Shown here: one piece after another, positions 62,752 through 64,000 of the stretch
Numbering within the stretch: position 1 is the first letter of the stretch
Layout: each line of letters starts with the position of its first letter
Notes under the pieces: model-generated
What the model was told of the DNA's origin: nothing
Database searches by the model: none
Seen by the model: the letters and a program-made list of their open reading frames with translations, nothing else
Translations under genes and position numbers: made by a program
From: Candidatus Poribacteria bacterium
Lineage (GTDB): Bacteria > Poribacteria > WGA-4E > WGA-3G
Reading direction: 5' to 3'
DNA length: 64,000 nucleotides
NCBI GenBank assembly: GCA_965214095.1
Contig: OZ243938.1
Location: 1,792,001-1,856,000, forward strand

Positions 62752-63291
62752 TTATCCTTTTGCGAGTTGCTCTTTCAAACGTTGGAGTTGTGTCGTGACG
62801 CTTGCATCAAAGACGGTGTCGCCTAACTGTACAACAAACCCACCTTTAAGCTGTTCGTTAGTTTCGGTTTCCAAACGAACCTGTTTTCCAGACAATGAAC
62901 TTAGTTGTTGGATAAAATGTTGTTCTTGGTCTTCCGTTATCGGCACTGCTGTTGTCACTTGTGCAACAACCCTACCCGCAGCCGCATCGGCAATAGCAGA
63001 AAAGGCATCCATGATAGCGACAAGGTGCCGTTCGCGCTGTTTTAATGCAAGAAGTTTAAAGAAATTAACCGTCAACGGAGACAGACTATCAGCAAACAGA
63101 TCCTGAAACGTGTCACTCTTAAATTGCGGTGAGAGCAGAGGTGTATCAATAAACTGTCTGAATTCCTCAGACTGTTCAATCAATTCTTGCAGCTGCTCTA
63201 TATCAGCAGTTATAGACGTTAAAGTATTCTGTTCTATAGCCGCTTCATATAGGGCGCGAGCATAAGGTTTTGCTACACGAGTGTCTCTCAT
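62752..63291 (-). CDS. atpH: ATP synthase delta subunit
   Basis: VA.PYARALY, GGFVVQLGD.VFDASV..QL.RL. Confidence 0.95.
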   Translation of the reverse strand: MRDTRVAKPYARALYEAAIEQNTLTSITADIEQLQELIEQSEEFRQFIDTPLLSPQFKSDTFQDLFADSLSPLTVNFFKLLALKQRERHLVAIMDAFSAIADAAAGRVVAQVTTAVPITEDQEQHFIQQLSSLSGKQVRLETETNEQLKGGFVVQLGDTVFDASVTTQLQRLKEQLAKG

Positions 63292-63348
63292 TGTTCGTTT
63301 TCACCTACAATCAATTATTTTAATGTAAAAAGTAACGGTCTAAGAATG

Positions 63349-63930
63349 CTAATTCGCCGACAACCTACCAATGGAATCATCAATGATATTTTGATGCCTC
63401 TCTGGTGTGAGTTCGGCACTGATAATCTTTCCTGCGGCATCAATAGCCAGTTCAGCAACAACACCGCGCAATTCAGAGATAGCATCATCTTTTTCCCGTT
63501 GAATCTCTGCGCGTGCTCGTGTTATTTCATCTGAAGCCTCTTGACGCGCGTGCTCAACTATTTGCTGTCGTTCTGCATTACCTTGGTCAATTGCAGCTTG
63601 AATCTTGGCTTGTGACTCAGCTTCAATATCACCTAAACGTTGCCGCGTTTCAGCAGTGAGACGATCCAGTTCTTCACGATCAGTTTTCAGTTGGTCCAAC
63701 TGAGTCGTTATCTCAGTTCGACGTTCTTCTAATAGTCCACCGACTTTGCCGAAGACAAACTTCCAAAGAACCGCAAGCACTACCAGAAATCCAACGGCTT
63801 GCACCAAAATTGTCTGTGATTTGATCCCCAAGTCATCTAATAGTCCACCACCTGAAGGGACTTCTGCTGCAAAAACACTACTTATGCAGACACCCATTAG
63901 AATGAGACAACTTGCATATATTCTTTTCAT
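63349..63930 (-). CDS. atpF: ATP synthase F0 b subunit
   Basis: TM Q.VGFLV...VLWKF, LEER...I, coiled coil, LAI.AA.KII. Confidence 0.9.
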   Translation of the reverse strand: MKRIYASCLILMGVCISSVFAAEVPSGGGLLDDLGIKSQTILVQAVGFLVVLAVLWKFVFGKVGGLLEERRTEITTQLDQLKTDREELDRLTAETRQRLGDIEAESQAKIQAAIDQGNAERQQIVEHARQEASDEITRARAEIQREKDDAISELRGVVAELAIDAAGKIISAELTPERHQNIIDDSIGRLSAN

Positions 63931-64000
63931 AAACAGTCTCTACTTTGTCCAATTGCTACGCTAAATCAGATAATAATATTTATAGATTATTAGCGCGCAA

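Overview
AT-rich (about 40% GC by eye), gene-dense bacterial chromosomal window. Several traits point to Candidatus Poribacteria or a relative (inference): expanded PhyH dioxygenases, an ECF sigma factor with a C-terminal extension, a C-terminal LTxxWAxLK motif, Uma2 and Rpn nucleases, and many GTAG-REP elements. Housekeeping genes: hisA, coaE, modABC, queE, rplM-rpsI, purA, tRNA-Lys and tRNA-Glu, glnS-gltX, a glmM-like gene with a yvcK-like gene, and atpFHAGDC. Notable accessory content: (1) a three-gene operon of ABC/AAA ATPase (DUF3696-type), a partner protein fused to an antitoxin-like tail, and a RelE toxin, a candidate undescribed defence/TA module; (2) three tandem PhyH-fold enzymes with halogenase-type HxG/HxA iron motifs; (3) an EF-Tu paralog with degenerate G1/G3/G4 motifs; (4) an ECF sigma factor fused to two beta/gamma-crystallin-like domains, split by an intact 1000-bp IS5-family element whose removal restores the frame; (5) two cytoplasmic helical-repeat/TlpA proteins, one with a 1215-bp tandem duplication, followed by a four-cluster ferredoxin; (6) an Rpn nuclease with a likely intragenic antitoxin start; (7) composite MITE-like elements carrying covarying REP hairpins. 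All calls were made by eye from motifs; no database searches were run.
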